From positions 249,675-313,674 of the forward strand of contig JBGAOE010000004.1 of NCBI GenBank assembly GCA_044221905.1: a stretch of 64,000 nucleotides of DNA. The letters are read 5' to 3'. The notes beneath the pieces are model-generated. The model was given only the letters and a program-made list of their open reading frames with translations, had not been told where the DNA came from and did no database searches. This document shows, piece by piece, positions 9,442 to 21,207 of the stretch; within the stretch, counting starts at the first letter, position 1; each line of letters starts with the position of its first letter. Made by a program: the position numbers and the translations under genes. This DNA is from Bacteroidia bacterium. GTDB taxonomy: Bacteria; Bacteroidota; Bacteroidia; B-17B0; Aurantibacillaceae.

Positions 9442-12303
9442 TTAATCAAGTGAAATCTTTTTCAATTTAACCTTATTTAATACATCCTTATTATTGGCAT
9501 CTTTCGATGCTTTGTCCAGCTGGTTTTCGATCGAATACTTATCGCCCACCACCACAGTGGTAAGCTTTTTCGAATCAAAGTATTTTTTGATCTGCTGGTT
9601 CACATCTTCCTTGCTCATGTTTTTAAGAATGGCGTTTTGTTTCACCGTGTAATCCTTATCCAGGTTAAAGCGGGCAATGGATGAAAGGAAGTTGGCTTTT
9701 TGCTCAGGGTCTTCGTAACGGATGGCCTCGGTGTTTAACAGTGAGCTTTTGGTGTATGCCAGCTCGGCATCGGTAATTCCACCGGTTTCGTATTTGTTAA
9801 ACTCCTTAATGATCTCAGCCAGCGAGTTAGCCGTTGCATTGCGTTTTACAGCCGCGCTGATGTTGAACACACCGGTGTATTTTCCGCCGTTAAAGCCCGA
9901 GCGGATACCGTAGGTATAACCTTTGTCTTCGCGCAGGTTTAAGTTCAGCCGGCTGTTAAAGGCGCCGCCAAATACAAAGTTGGCGATCCTGTTTTTGTAA
10001 TAATCGCCGGTGGCATCAAACTTAAGCGAGGGATAACCCATAATGATGATGGATGAAGGCGCCATGGTTTTGTTATAGATAAAGAAACGCGGCTCGGTGG
10101 TGGCAACCGGCTCAATGATCGGCTGGATCACCACGTCTTTTGCCTGCCATTTATTTAAGAATTCAAGCTTGCTCATCACGTCTTTTTCTTCCACGTCGCC
10201 CACAATTACCAGGTTGGTTACCGAAGGCGAATAATACGAGTTGTAGTAATCCTTTAAGTCCGACAGCTCCAGGTTATCGATGGTTTTGGTGGAAGGCGAA
10301 AGGCCCTGCACCGTATTGCCGTAAAGCGAATAGCTGAACATTTTGCCGGCCGTGGCGTTGGCATTTTTTTCCTCGTCCTTCACAGTGGCTTTATATTGTT
10401 TTTTTACCAGTTTAAAATCGTCTTCCCTGAATCCAGGATTCAGCAGCTTTTCTTCGAGCAATTTTAAAGTGGCATCCAGGTTCTTTTTCAGGCAGGTTAC
10501 GCGAATGGTGGTGCTGGATTTGCCGGCTTCAAAATCAATGGAGCTGCCCAGTATGTCCAGCTGCGAGCTGATCTGCTCGGTAGTGAAGTTTTTAGTGCCC
10601 TCGTTCAGCAATTGAGCGGTAAGCTCTGCCACCCCCAGCTTTTTTAGCTTATCGCCAGGCAGCACCAGGCTTCCGCCTTCCATCGTCATCACAATGGTGA
10701 TCTCAGGCGTTTCGGTGTTTTTGGTGCCAATCACGCCAATTCCGTTTTTTAATTTGGATGAAAAGTATTCAGGCACTTTCACCGTTTTGGCTTCGCCCGC
10801 TTTTGGACGCGCAGCCCTGTCAAACTTATCGGCAATAGGGGCGTACGATAAGCCTGTATATTCAGGATTGGGGGCAAATTTTTGCCCGGCAAAAGGGTTC
10901 ACGCTTTTCACCGAATCTTTCGGGTCCATGATCGGGTAAGTGTTTAAAATAGCAGCTCCCGAGCCTTTAATGTATTTGTTGTACACGCGGGTAATATCAT
11001 CTTTGGTAACCTTGCTGTAGCGGTCCAGCTCGTCCGATATGGTAGACGATTTGCCCAGCAAACGCTCCCATTCGGAGATCACCAGGTTTTTGCTCGATAC
11101 AGAGTTGATCTGTCCGTAAATGCTGGTTTCAATAATTCCTTTGGTGCGGGCCAGCGCCTCATCGGTAATGCCGGTTCTGCCAAATTCTTCGATGCTGGCT
11201 TTCACATTCGAGTCCAGCGAAGAGAATAAGCGCTCCAGGTTCATGTCCTCCGGCGGAAACGCATAGATATGGATCTGGAACTCGCCCGATAATTCTTCTG
11301 AGCGGTGGTACGAAAACGCCTCGGCAGCCACTTTGCTTTTTACAAAGTTTTTGTAAATAATAGAGTTATTGCCGTTACCCAGCATCAAAGCCAGGATGTC
11401 AAGCGCCGGCTCATCGCGGTTGTATTGCGGTACCGTAGGAAAAACACGCAGGTTCAAGGGCAGGTAAATATTGTCGCGGTAGGCCGTGTATTTATCGCTG
11501 GCAATGGTTACCGGCGGTAACTTCATCTTTTTTACCTCCGGGCATTGTTTCAGGTTTCCAAAGTATTTATCCACCATCTGCAGGGCCTCTGCCGGGTTAA
11601 AATCGCCCGAAATGCTTAAGATAGCATTGTTTGGACCATACCAGCGCAGGAAAAAGTTCTTTACGTCATCCAGGCTCGCACGGTTCAGGTCGTCCACATA
11701 GCCAATCACCGGCCAGCTGTACGGGTGGCCCGCAGGATAAAGGATTTTGTTGAGCTCTTCTTCAGTGGCCAGCGCATATGGCACGTTTTCCATGTTCTGT
11801 GATTTTTCGTTTTTCACAGCGTCACGCTGGTTCTCAAATTTTTTACTGGTAAGCGAGTCCAGCAAAAAGCCCATCCGGTCTGATTCCAGCCAAAGGGCCA
11901 TTTCCAGGTAATTGGAAGGCAGCGTTTCATAATACACCGTTTTATCGCGCTGCGTAAAACCGTTCATATCGCCGCCGGCGGTGGATACCATTTTAAAGTG
12001 CTCCTCATCGGCCACGTGTTTGGACCCCTGGAACATCATGTGCTCAAAAAAATGCGCAAAGCCCGACTTACCAAGACTTTCGCGGTTCGAACCAACTTTG
12101 TAGTTCACCGTAACGTTCACAACCGGGTCCGAGTGGTCTTCGTGCAATAAAATGGTTAAACCATTCGGCAATTTCCAGCGTTCGTATGGAATTACCACTT
12201 TATCGGGCTTTGCCTCTATCTTTTCGATCAGGGTTGGCTGGGCCATGGCCGCGGTTGCACCCAACAGGGCCAGGGCGCCTGTTAGCATTAACTTTTTATT
12301 CAT
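9442..12303 (-). CDS. M16 (insulinase/PqqL-like) zinc protease, 953 aa, exported
   Basis: HFFEH (HxxEH) motif, MNGFT, FNSRLNLNLREDKGYTYG in the second half, signal peptide. Confidence 0.92.
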   Translation of the reverse strand: MNKKLMLTGALALLGATAAMAQPTLIEKIEAKPDKVVIPYERWKLPNGLTILLHEDHSDPVVNVTVNYKVGSNRESLGKSGFAHFFEHMMFQGSKHVADEEHFKMVSTAGGDMNGFTQRDKTVYYETLPSNYLEMALWLESDRMGFLLDSLTSKKFENQRDAVKNEKSQNMENVPYALATEEELNKILYPAGHPYSWPVIGYVDDLNRASLDDVKNFFLRWYGPNNAILSISGDFNPAEALQMVDKYFGNLKQCPEVKKMKLPPVTIASDKYTAYRDNIYLPLNLRVFPTVPQYNRDEPALDILALMLGNGNNSIIYKNFVKSKVAAEAFSYHRSEELSGEFQIHIYAFPPEDMNLERLFSSLDSNVKASIEEFGRTGITDEALARTKGIIETSIYGQINSVSSKNLVISEWERLLGKSSTISDELDRYSKVTKDDITRVYNKYIKGSGAAILNTYPIMDPKDSVKSVNPFAGQKFAPNPEYTGLSYAPIADKFDRAARPKAGEAKTVKVPEYFSSKLKNGIGVIGTKNTETPEITIVMTMEGGSLVLPGDKLKKLGVAELTAQLLNEGTKNFTTEQISSQLDILGSSIDFEAGKSSTTIRVTCLKKNLDATLKLLEEKLLNPGFREDDFKLVKKQYKATVKDEEKNANATAGKMFSYSLYGNTVQGLSPSTKTIDNLELSDLKDYYNSYYSPSVTNLVIVGDVEEKDVMSKLEFLNKWQAKDVVIQPIIEPVATTEPRFFIYNKTMAPSSIIIMGYPSLKFDATGDYYKNRIANFVFGGAFNSRLNLNLREDKGYTYGIRSGFNGGKYTGVFNISAAVKRNATANSLAEIIKEFNKYETGGITDAELAYTKSSLLNTEAIRYEDPEQKANFLSSIARFNLDKDYTVKQNAILKNMSKEDVNQQIKKYFDSKKLTTVVVGDKYSIENQLDKASKDANNKDVLNKVKLKKISLD

Positions 12304-12360
12304 GATGTGTTTAAATTTTGGGCTAAGGTAATTTTAAAACTTGCTTGTTGTACTCCGTTA

Positions 12361-14916
12361 TTAATTATTATCGTCCGTTGGTGTAGTATTATCGTCCTGG
12401 GCCTCAGCCGTCGGTTCGTTCAACCCGGTTGTTTCGGGTTTTTCCGCCCCCTCTTCCGCTGCTTCCTCCTCTTCGTGGTCAACCCTTGTCACAGCGGCAA
12501 TGCTGTCGCTGTCCTGAATGTTGATGAGACGCACGCCTTGTGTGGCGCGGCCCATTACCCGCAGGTCGCTTACGTTCAAACGAATGGTGATGCCGTTTTT
12601 GGTGATGATCATCAGGTCGTTGGCATCGGTTACCGATTTAATGGCTACCAGGTTACCGGTTTTGTCGGTAATGTTAATGGTTTTTACGCCTTTGCCGCCG
12701 CGGTTGGTTACCCGGTATTCTTCAATATCAGAGCGTTTGCCATATCCTTTTTCCGAAACCACCAGCACATTGGCCTGCATGTCTTCAATGCAGATCATGC
12801 CCACCACTTCGTTATTGCCGCCTTCCTCGTCGTTCAGGTCAATGCCAATTACCCCACTGGCGTTGCGGCCCATTGGCCTCACTTTTTCTTCGGGGAAACG
12901 GCACACCTTGCCAAGTTTGGTAGCCAGCATAATCTCGTTACGCCCGTTGGTAAGCGCGGCTTCCAGAAGCACGTCCCCTTCGCGGATGGTGATGGCATTG
13001 ATGCCATTTGCGCGCGGGCGCGAATACGCATCCACCGATGTTTTCTTAATAATACCGTCTTTTGTGCAAAGAATGATGAAGTTGTTTTTAATATACTCCT
13101 CATCGTTCAGATCCTTGATATTGATAAAGGCTTTTACCTTATCATCCGGCGCAATGCTGATCAGGTTCTGTATGGCCCTGCCTTTGCTGGTTTTGTTTCC
13201 TTCAGGCACTTCATACGCGCGGATCCAATATACCTGGCCTTTTTCGGTGAACAGTAAAATGTAATTGTGTGTGGAGGCAATAAACATGTGCTCCACAAAA
13301 TCCTCGTCGCGGGTGGAGGTGCCTTTACTGCCGCGGCCACCGCGGTTTTGCGCGCGGTACTCGGCCAGGTTGGTACGTTTCATATAGCCCATGTGCGAAA
13401 TGGTGATCACCACATTCTCATCGGCAATAATGTCCTCTATTTTAAGGTCGTCGCCCGCATACACAATATCGGTGCGGCGCTCATCGCCATATTTTTCTTT
13501 GATCTCCACCAGCTCTTCGCGAATGATTTTATAGCGCAGATCTTCATTGTTCAGCACATCGTTTAAATAAGCAATGGTTCGCATCAGCTCGTCGTATTCG
13601 GCTTTCAGCTTGTCGCGCTCCAGTCCGGTAAGAGTGCGCAAACGCATGTCGAGAATGGCGCGGGCCTGTATTTCCGACAGGCTAAATTTACCCATGAGCT
13701 CATCCCTGGCCACATCGGGGCTTTCACTTTCGCGGATAATGCGGATCACTTCATCCAGGTGATCCAGCGCTATCAGCAAGCCCTGTAAAATGTGCGCGCG
13801 TTTTTCGGCCTGTGCCAGGTCGTATTTGGTGCGGCGCACAACTACTTCGTGACGGTGCTCTACAAAATGATAGATCATGTCCTTCAGGTTCAGCACCTCG
13901 GGCCGGCCTTTTACCAGCACTACGTTATTGATTGAAAATGAAGTTTGCAGCGCCGAAAACTTATACAGGTTGTTTAACACCACGTTCGAGATCGCATCGC
14001 GGCGCAGCTCATACACAATGCGCATGCCCTCGCGGTTACTTTCGTCGCGGATCTCGCTGATGCCTTCAATTTTCTTTTCATTGCACAATTCCCACTGGCG
14101 CTTAATCATGTCGGCCTTGTTGATCTGGTAAGGGATCTCGGTCACAACAATCCGCTCACGGTCGCCAACGGGTTCCACATTGGCTTTGCCGCGCATGATC
14201 ACGCGCCCGCGGCCGGTGCGAAATGCTTCTTTTACTCCCTCGTAGCCGTAAATGGTACCGCCGGTTGGAAAATCGGGCGCCTTGATGTGTTTCATCAGGC
14301 CGTCTACATCAATCTCTTTATTGTCAATGTATGCTAATATGGCATTAATGCTTTCTGTCAGATTGTGTGGCGCCATGTTGGTGGCCATGCCCACGGCAAT
14401 ACCCGATGCGCCGTTCATCAGCAGGTTGGGGATACGTGTTGGCAAAACCGTTGGCTCGCTCAGCGAGTCGTCAAAATTAGGACGGAAATCCACGGTATCC
14501 TTTTCAATATCGGCCAGCATTTCTTCGGCAATTTTGCGGAAGCGCACTTCGGTGTAACGCATGGCTGCAGGCATATCGCCGTCTATCGATCCAAAGTTCC
14601 CCTGCCCGTCTACCAGCATGTAACGCAGGCTCCACTCCTGCGCCATACGCACCATGGTGTCATATACGCTGGAATCGCCGTGCGGGTGATACTTACCCAA
14701 TACCTCCCCAACAATACGCGCTGATTTTTTATAAGGGCGGTTGTGCAGCACGCCCAGGTCGAGCATGCCGTAAAGCACGCGGCGGTGCACCGGCTTCAGT
14801 CCATCACGCACATCGGGCAGCGCCCGCGACACAATTACCGACATCGAATAATCGATGTAGGCGGTTTTCATTTCATCTTCAATGTTAATGGGGATAATTT
14901 TTTCTCCGTCTGCCAT
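12361..14916 (-). CDS. gyrA: DNA gyrase subunit A
   Basis: [24 protein letters not shown], catalytic AAMRY, GyrA-box QNRGGRG, beta-pinwheel repeats. Confidence 0.98.
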   Translation of the reverse strand: MADGEKIIPINIEDEMKTAYIDYSMSVIVSRALPDVRDGLKPVHRRVLYGMLDLGVLHNRPYKKSARIVGEVLGKYHPHGDSSVYDTMVRMAQEWSLRYMLVDGQGNFGSIDGDMPAAMRYTEVRFRKIAEEMLADIEKDTVDFRPNFDDSLSEPTVLPTRIPNLLMNGASGIAVGMATNMAPHNLTESINAILAYIDNKEIDVDGLMKHIKAPDFPTGGTIYGYEGVKEAFRTGRGRVIMRGKANVEPVGDRERIVVTEIPYQINKADMIKRQWELCNEKKIEGISEIRDESNREGMRIVYELRRDAISNVVLNNLYKFSALQTSFSINNVVLVKGRPEVLNLKDMIYHFVEHRHEVVVRRTKYDLAQAEKRAHILQGLLIALDHLDEVIRIIRESESPDVARDELMGKFSLSEIQARAILDMRLRTLTGLERDKLKAEYDELMRTIAYLNDVLNNEDLRYKIIREELVEIKEKYGDERRTDIVYAGDDLKIEDIIADENVVITISHMGYMKRTNLAEYRAQNRGGRGSKGTSTRDEDFVEHMFIASTHNYILLFTEKGQVYWIRAYEVPEGNKTSKGRAIQNLISIAPDDKVKAFINIKDLNDEEYIKNNFIILCTKDGIIKKTSVDAYSRPRANGINAITIREGDVLLEAALTNGRNEIMLATKLGKVCRFPEEKVRPMGRNASGVIGIDLNDEEGGNNEVVGMICIEDMQANVLVVSEKGYGKRSDIEEYRVTNRGGKGVKTINITDKTGNLVAIKSVTDANDLMIITKNGITIRLNVSDLRVMGRATQGVRLINIQDSDSIAAVTRVDHEEEEAAEEGAEKPETTGLNEPTAEAQDDNTTPTDDNN

Positions 14917-15145
14917 ATCTGTTTTTTACGTTTTAGTTCTTCGTTTTTGCGGCCGTTTTTAATGCAGTTTTGTCAGGTATTCCTTTTAACAATTGTACAT
15001 CAAAATACGGTCCTTTTTTTTCGCTTTGAACCTATGAAAGTACCGAAAAATAAGCAGATACAAGCAAAACTTATCAACAAATTTTTTGTTAAAAAAACCA
15101 CTTATGCGAACGATTATTCCGTTTATGAAAGACTATTTTTGGTTT

Positions 15146-15161
15146 TGGCATTATATATGTA
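15146..15161 (+). promoter_or_regulatory. Putative sigma54-like (-24/-12) promoter of clpC
   Basis: TGGCATTATATATGTA has GG-N10-GT spacing. It matches the htpG upstream 16-mer at 13 of 16 positions. Confidence 0.5.
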
Positions 15162-15189
15162 ATTTAACCCAACAAAAGGACATTAATTT

Positions 15190-17736
<2,547 letters not shown>

Positions 17737-17761
17737 CAGCAAGATCAAACTAAAACCATAT

Positions 17762-17799
17762 AAACCCCGGTCCCGTTAACACAGGATTCGGGGTTTTTT
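17762..17799 (+). terminator. Intrinsic terminator after clpC
   Basis: aaaccccg...cggggttt followed by T. Confidence 0.7.
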
Positions 17800-17801
17800 A
17801 A

Positions 17802-17809
17802 TACCTTTG
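17802..17809 (+). promoter_or_regulatory. Bacteroidota sigma-A -7 box upstream of clpS
   Basis: TACCTTTG matches TAnnTTTG, 19 nt before the ATG. Confidence 0.55.
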
Positions 17810-17827
17810 CATTAATATTCCAACGCC

Positions 17828-18118
17828 ATGATGAATTTAAACGAGCCGGATATTTTAGAAGACGAAGTGATTGAAACGCTTCTGAAAGAAGAAAATCCAA
17901 AAGCTTTGATTTTGTACAACGATGACGTGAACACTTTTGAATTTGTAACGGAATCGCTCATAAAAGTATGCAAACACGATGCCTTACAGGCTGAGCAATG
18001 TACCTACTTAGTGCATTATGCCGGCAAATGCGTGGTAAAAAACGGCTCGTTCCGCAAGCTTCGGCCTTTGTGCGAAGCCCTGCTGGAAAGAGGCCTCTCG
18101 GCCAGGATCGAGAATTGA
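17828..18118 (+). CDS. clpS: Clp protease adaptor ClpS
   Basis: LILYNDDVNTFEFV...VHYAGKCVV, the ClpS core. Confidence 0.92.
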   Translation: MMNLNEPDILEDEVIETLLKEENPKALILYNDDVNTFEFVTESLIKVCKHDALQAEQCTYLVHYAGKCVVKNGSFRKLRPLCEALLERGLSARIEN

Positions 18119-18175
18119 TGCGTTAGCCCGTTTTTAAATTCGCATTCCCCTACCCCAGGGATTTTATGCTTTAGA

Positions 18176-18216
18176 CAATAACATGTAACTTTATAACTTA
18201 CAACTTGTAACTTATG
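18176..18216. repeat. Degenerate 7-nt periodic array (AACTT core)
   Basis: AAC occurs at 18180, 18187, 18195, 18202 and 18209 (spacing 7, 8, 7, 7). Confidence 0.6.
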
Positions 18217-18244
18217 ACAGGTTGAATTTTTCTGAATTAAAATT

Positions 18245-19045
18245 ATGAAGAAAGTGATTATCTGCGCCCTGGCGCTCTCTGCAGTTTTTTTTAGCTGCCA
18301 TAAAAACGCGGTTACCGGCAAGCGGGCATTTACGCTTATGCCCGAAAGCGAAATGATGGCCATGAGCTTTACCGAATACGATAAATTTTTGGCCGAACAT
18401 CCTAAGCTGGGTGATAACGACGACCGGGTGATGCTGGTAAGGCGCTGCGGCATCCGCATTCAAAAAGCGGTGGAGCAGTTTTACAGGGATAAAAAGGCCA
18501 GCGACGACCTGAAAGGTTTTGCCTGGGAATTTAACGTGGTGGATGAGAATACGGTAAACGCCTGGTGCATGCCCGGCGGCAAGGTGGTGGTATACACCGG
18601 CCTTTTGCCCGTTACGCAAGACGAACAGAGCCTGGCGGTGGTGATGGGCCACGAGATTGCACACGCCATTGCCCGCCATGGCAACCAGCGCATGAGCCAG
18701 GGCCTTCTGGTCCAGTTTGGCGGTGCGGCGCTGTCGGTAGCTTTATCGCAAAAGCCGGCACTCACACAGCAGTTGTTTGCCCAGGCCTATGGGGTTACCA
18801 CCGGCTTAGGCACTTTAAAATACAGCCGCAGCCACGAAACCGAGGCCGATAAAATGGGTCTCGTGTTTGCCGCTATGGCAGGCTATAATCCCGAGGTGGC
18901 TGTTGGTTTTTGGGAACGCATGGCAGCCAGCAGTGGCGGACAAAAACCACCGGAGCTGCTGAGCACCCACCCCAGCGATGAAACGCGCATCCGCGATTTA
19001 AAGGCCTATATGCCTGAAGCGAAGAAGTACTACAAGCCGCAATAA
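18245..19045 (+). CDS. M48 family zinc metallopeptidase, lipoprotein
   Basis: Lipobox FFSC, VNAWCMPGG, HEIAH, SRSHETEAD, LSTHP. Confidence 0.92.
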   Translation: MKKVIICALALSAVFFSCHKNAVTGKRAFTLMPESEMMAMSFTEYDKFLAEHPKLGDNDDRVMLVRRCGIRIQKAVEQFYRDKKASDDLKGFAWEFNVVDENTVNAWCMPGGKVVVYTGLLPVTQDEQSLAVVMGHEIAHAIARHGNQRMSQGLLVQFGGAALSVALSQKPALTQQLFAQAYGVTTGLGTLKYSRSHETEADKMGLVFAAMAGYNPEVAVGFWERMAASSGGQKPPELLSTHPSDETRIRDLKAYMPEAKKYYKPQ

Positions 19046-19051
19046 GCATAA

Positions 19052-19176
19052 GTCATTTCGAACCGCTTATTAACAAATATTCCGGCGGAGGGAAATCTCT
19101 ATTGAAAAAAAACAGATTTCTCCCGTTGGTCGAAATGACAGCCAAATAGAGATTTCTCTGTACATCAAAATGAAAA
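19052..19176. repeat. REP-like inverted repeat pair between convergent genes
   Basis: gtcatttcga...ggaaatct / agatttctcc...tcgaaatgac (19052-19139), plus a degenerate third arm. Confidence 0.7.
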
Positions 19177-19209
19177 CAAAGTGATCCTAGAATAAAATAT
19201 TACCAAAAT

Positions 19210-19244
19210 AAAAAAAGCGGTTCCAACATGGGAACCGCTTTTTT
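19210..19244. terminator. Bidirectional intrinsic terminator
   Basis: A7-gcggttcc aacatg ggaaccgc-T6 between convergent genes. Confidence 0.85.
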
Positions 19245-19301
19245 ATTTAAGGATTGAAGTCTTTTATCTTAAATCTTTCATCTTTAGTCAAAGATGAAAG
19301 A

Positions 19302-20975
19302 TTATTTATTCAGAATCAGTCGTTTCATTGTTTTTTCCTCGCCGTTGCTGATGGTGATAAAATATACACCATTTGCATAGTTACCCAGGTCGAGGCTGTA
19401 ATTAGCCACATCTTTAAAGCTGGCAGAAGTTACAAACTGGCCAAGGTAGTTGTGCACGCTCACATCCAGTTTTCCGCCAACGGCAGAGCTGATATTAACC
19501 ACGCCGGTGGATGGATTGGGTGAAAGCAGGATGGCCCTGTCGAACATCGAATTTTTGCTGAGGCCGGTGGCTATTGAACAGTCGTTAACTGTAATCACAC
19601 GGGTGGTCGAATTCATGCCCGCTGTGTTGGTGGCCTGCAAGGTGATGGTGTACGTTGAAGGTGTTAAAAATTTAATATTCGGATTTACAGAAGTGCTGTT
19701 AGGCAAAAACTGGGTGCCGGGCATGGTTGGGCTCACCAACCATTGGTAGCTTGGCGTAGGCGTGCCCGTAGAAGCATTGGTAAGCGCAATCAGGGAATCG
19801 ATACAGCCAACGCTGACTGCAGAAAAATTGGCAGAAGGCATCACTGCCGGCACGCTGCTGCAAAGCGTAAGCGAGCTGGCGGTTAACTGGCTGCGGTAGG
19901 TGCCGTTGGTCATAGCGGTGGTCATACGCGAGCTTTGATCAGGCGTAAACATATAGCAGGCAGCATCGTCTACATAATCCATAAAATTCATAAACATGCA
20001 GCCGTTGGGCGAGCTTGAGCAGGAGTTAGGACCGGTGGCATATAAAGGATAAGACGGCGAACCGAAATTCTGACCGAATTGGCCGGAAGAGAAGCCGCCT
20101 TTTTGCGGAGGCGTGTCGTTGCAAAAATCAGAGGCGTTGCAATCACCGTTCACATTGTTGTTGCCATCGCCGCCAATGTGCCTTAAGCCCAGCCAGTGGC
20201 CAATTTCGTGTGTAGCGGTGCGGCCCTTGTTATAAGGTGGTAACACCGAGCCGGTGTTGCCAAAAGCTTTGGCCCATACCCACACCCCATCGGTGGTGCC
20301 GGTGCCGCTGCCATTGTTAATTCCGCCCAGGCCGGTGCCAATGGGAAACGTGGCATAACCCAGCAGATCTACGTTGGCTGCCTCATCGGAAACCCAGATG
20401 TTGAAATAACGGGTGGCATCCCAAATGGTGTTAGGCTTAATAGCGCTGTTAAAATTATTTTGAAACGATACGCTGGTGTTAAAAGAAGAAGAGGCCGGGT
20501 TGGTCCAGCCGTTGGTAACATAATTCACACGGTCTATTCCGGGCTCAACCAGCTGGTTTCCGAAAGGATCCATTTGAGCAAGGCAAAAGCTGATACTGCA
20601 ATTGGCCGCTCCCACCGCCGAAAAAGCTGTGGCGGCAAGATTGCTCACATTAAGGCCTGTACCGGCAAAATCGTTATTTAAAACCGCAATCTGCGAGTTA
20701 ACCTGCGCCTGCGAAATGTTTGGATAAGAGCCAACCGCCTGCCCGCCGTGGATCACGTGTACAATTACCGGAATGGTGAAATTGGTGCTTTGTACCCTGC
20801 CGCTGGCGCGGTTTTGTTTGTATTCGTCCACCTTTTGGTTAAACCAGTTGTCCCATTCAGCGGAAGGCACAGGAGTGGCACAGGTTCTGTGAGGAGGGGC
20901 GCCGGCCTGGTTTTGCGCCTGCAGCCCTGCCGATAAGAGTAAGGACGCTGCAGCCAGTTTTAAATTTAGCTTCAT
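19302..20975 (-). CDS. M43 (pappalysin/ulilysin-like) metalloprotease with a PKD-like domain and type-A CTD
   Basis: Propeptide Cys (HRTCAT), TIPVIVHVIH, HEIGHWLGLRH zinc motif, Met-turn MFMNFMDY, CTD LSPNPSTG...NGVYFI...KRLILNK. Confidence 0.92.
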   Translation of the reverse strand: MKLNLKLAAASLLLSAGLQAQNQAGAPPHRTCATPVPSAEWDNWFNQKVDEYKQNRASGRVQSTNFTIPVIVHVIHGGQAVGSYPNISQAQVNSQIAVLNNDFAGTGLNVSNLAATAFSAVGAANCSISFCLAQMDPFGNQLVEPGIDRVNYVTNGWTNPASSSFNTSVSFQNNFNSAIKPNTIWDATRYFNIWVSDEAANVDLLGYATFPIGTGLGGINNGSGTGTTDGVWVWAKAFGNTGSVLPPYNKGRTATHEIGHWLGLRHIGGDGNNNVNGDCNASDFCNDTPPQKGGFSSGQFGQNFGSPSYPLYATGPNSCSSSPNGCMFMNFMDYVDDAACYMFTPDQSSRMTTAMTNGTYRSQLTASSLTLCSSVPAVMPSANFSAVSVGCIDSLIALTNASTGTPTPSYQWLVSPTMPGTQFLPNSTSVNPNIKFLTPSTYTITLQATNTAGMNSTTRVITVNDCSIATGLSKNSMFDRAILLSPNPSTGVVNISSAVGGKLDVSVHNYLGQFVTSASFKDVANYSLDLGNYANGVYFITISNGEEKTMKRLILNK

Positions 20976-21015
20976 TAGATTAGATTGGTTGTGTTTAGAA
21001 TTTATGAATTTATTA

Positions 21016-21023
21016 CAAATCTA
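21016..21023 (-). promoter_or_regulatory. Putative -7 box for the M43 gene
   Basis: TAGATTTG on the minus strand matches TAnnTTTG. Confidence 0.45.
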
Positions 21024-21154
21024 AAGTTATGATTTTAATTCTACAGGCGCAAGTATTTGAGGCCAAAAGCCTGTTAATTCAGGCTTGCAGCAAGGTTGTT
21101 TCATCTAATTTAACAAACAAAACAGTATACTTTTAACACGCTTTATATTACAAC

Positions 21155-21192
21155 AAAAAGCCCCGCGCGGAGTTTCCGGGCAGGGCTTTTTT
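21155..21192. terminator. Intrinsic terminator after pruA
   Basis: aaaaagccc...gggctttttt stem flanked by A and T runs. Confidence 0.7.
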
Positions 21193-21207
21193 AAAATAAG
21201 TTAAAAG

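Noticed and set aside
12307-13264. Long plus-strand ORFs (316 aa, 248 aa) opposite gyrA, and the many similar antisense ORFs opposite clpC, pnp, htpG and the 2058-aa gene
   Set aside because: They lie entirely antisense to well-conserved genes, have no recognisable motifs, and are expected shadows of biased codon usage.
20170-20215. HIGGD rather than HIWGD after the M43 zinc motif, read as a possible inactive protease
   Set aside because: All three His ligands, the catalytic Glu and the Met-turn are intact, so there is no basis for calling it inactive.
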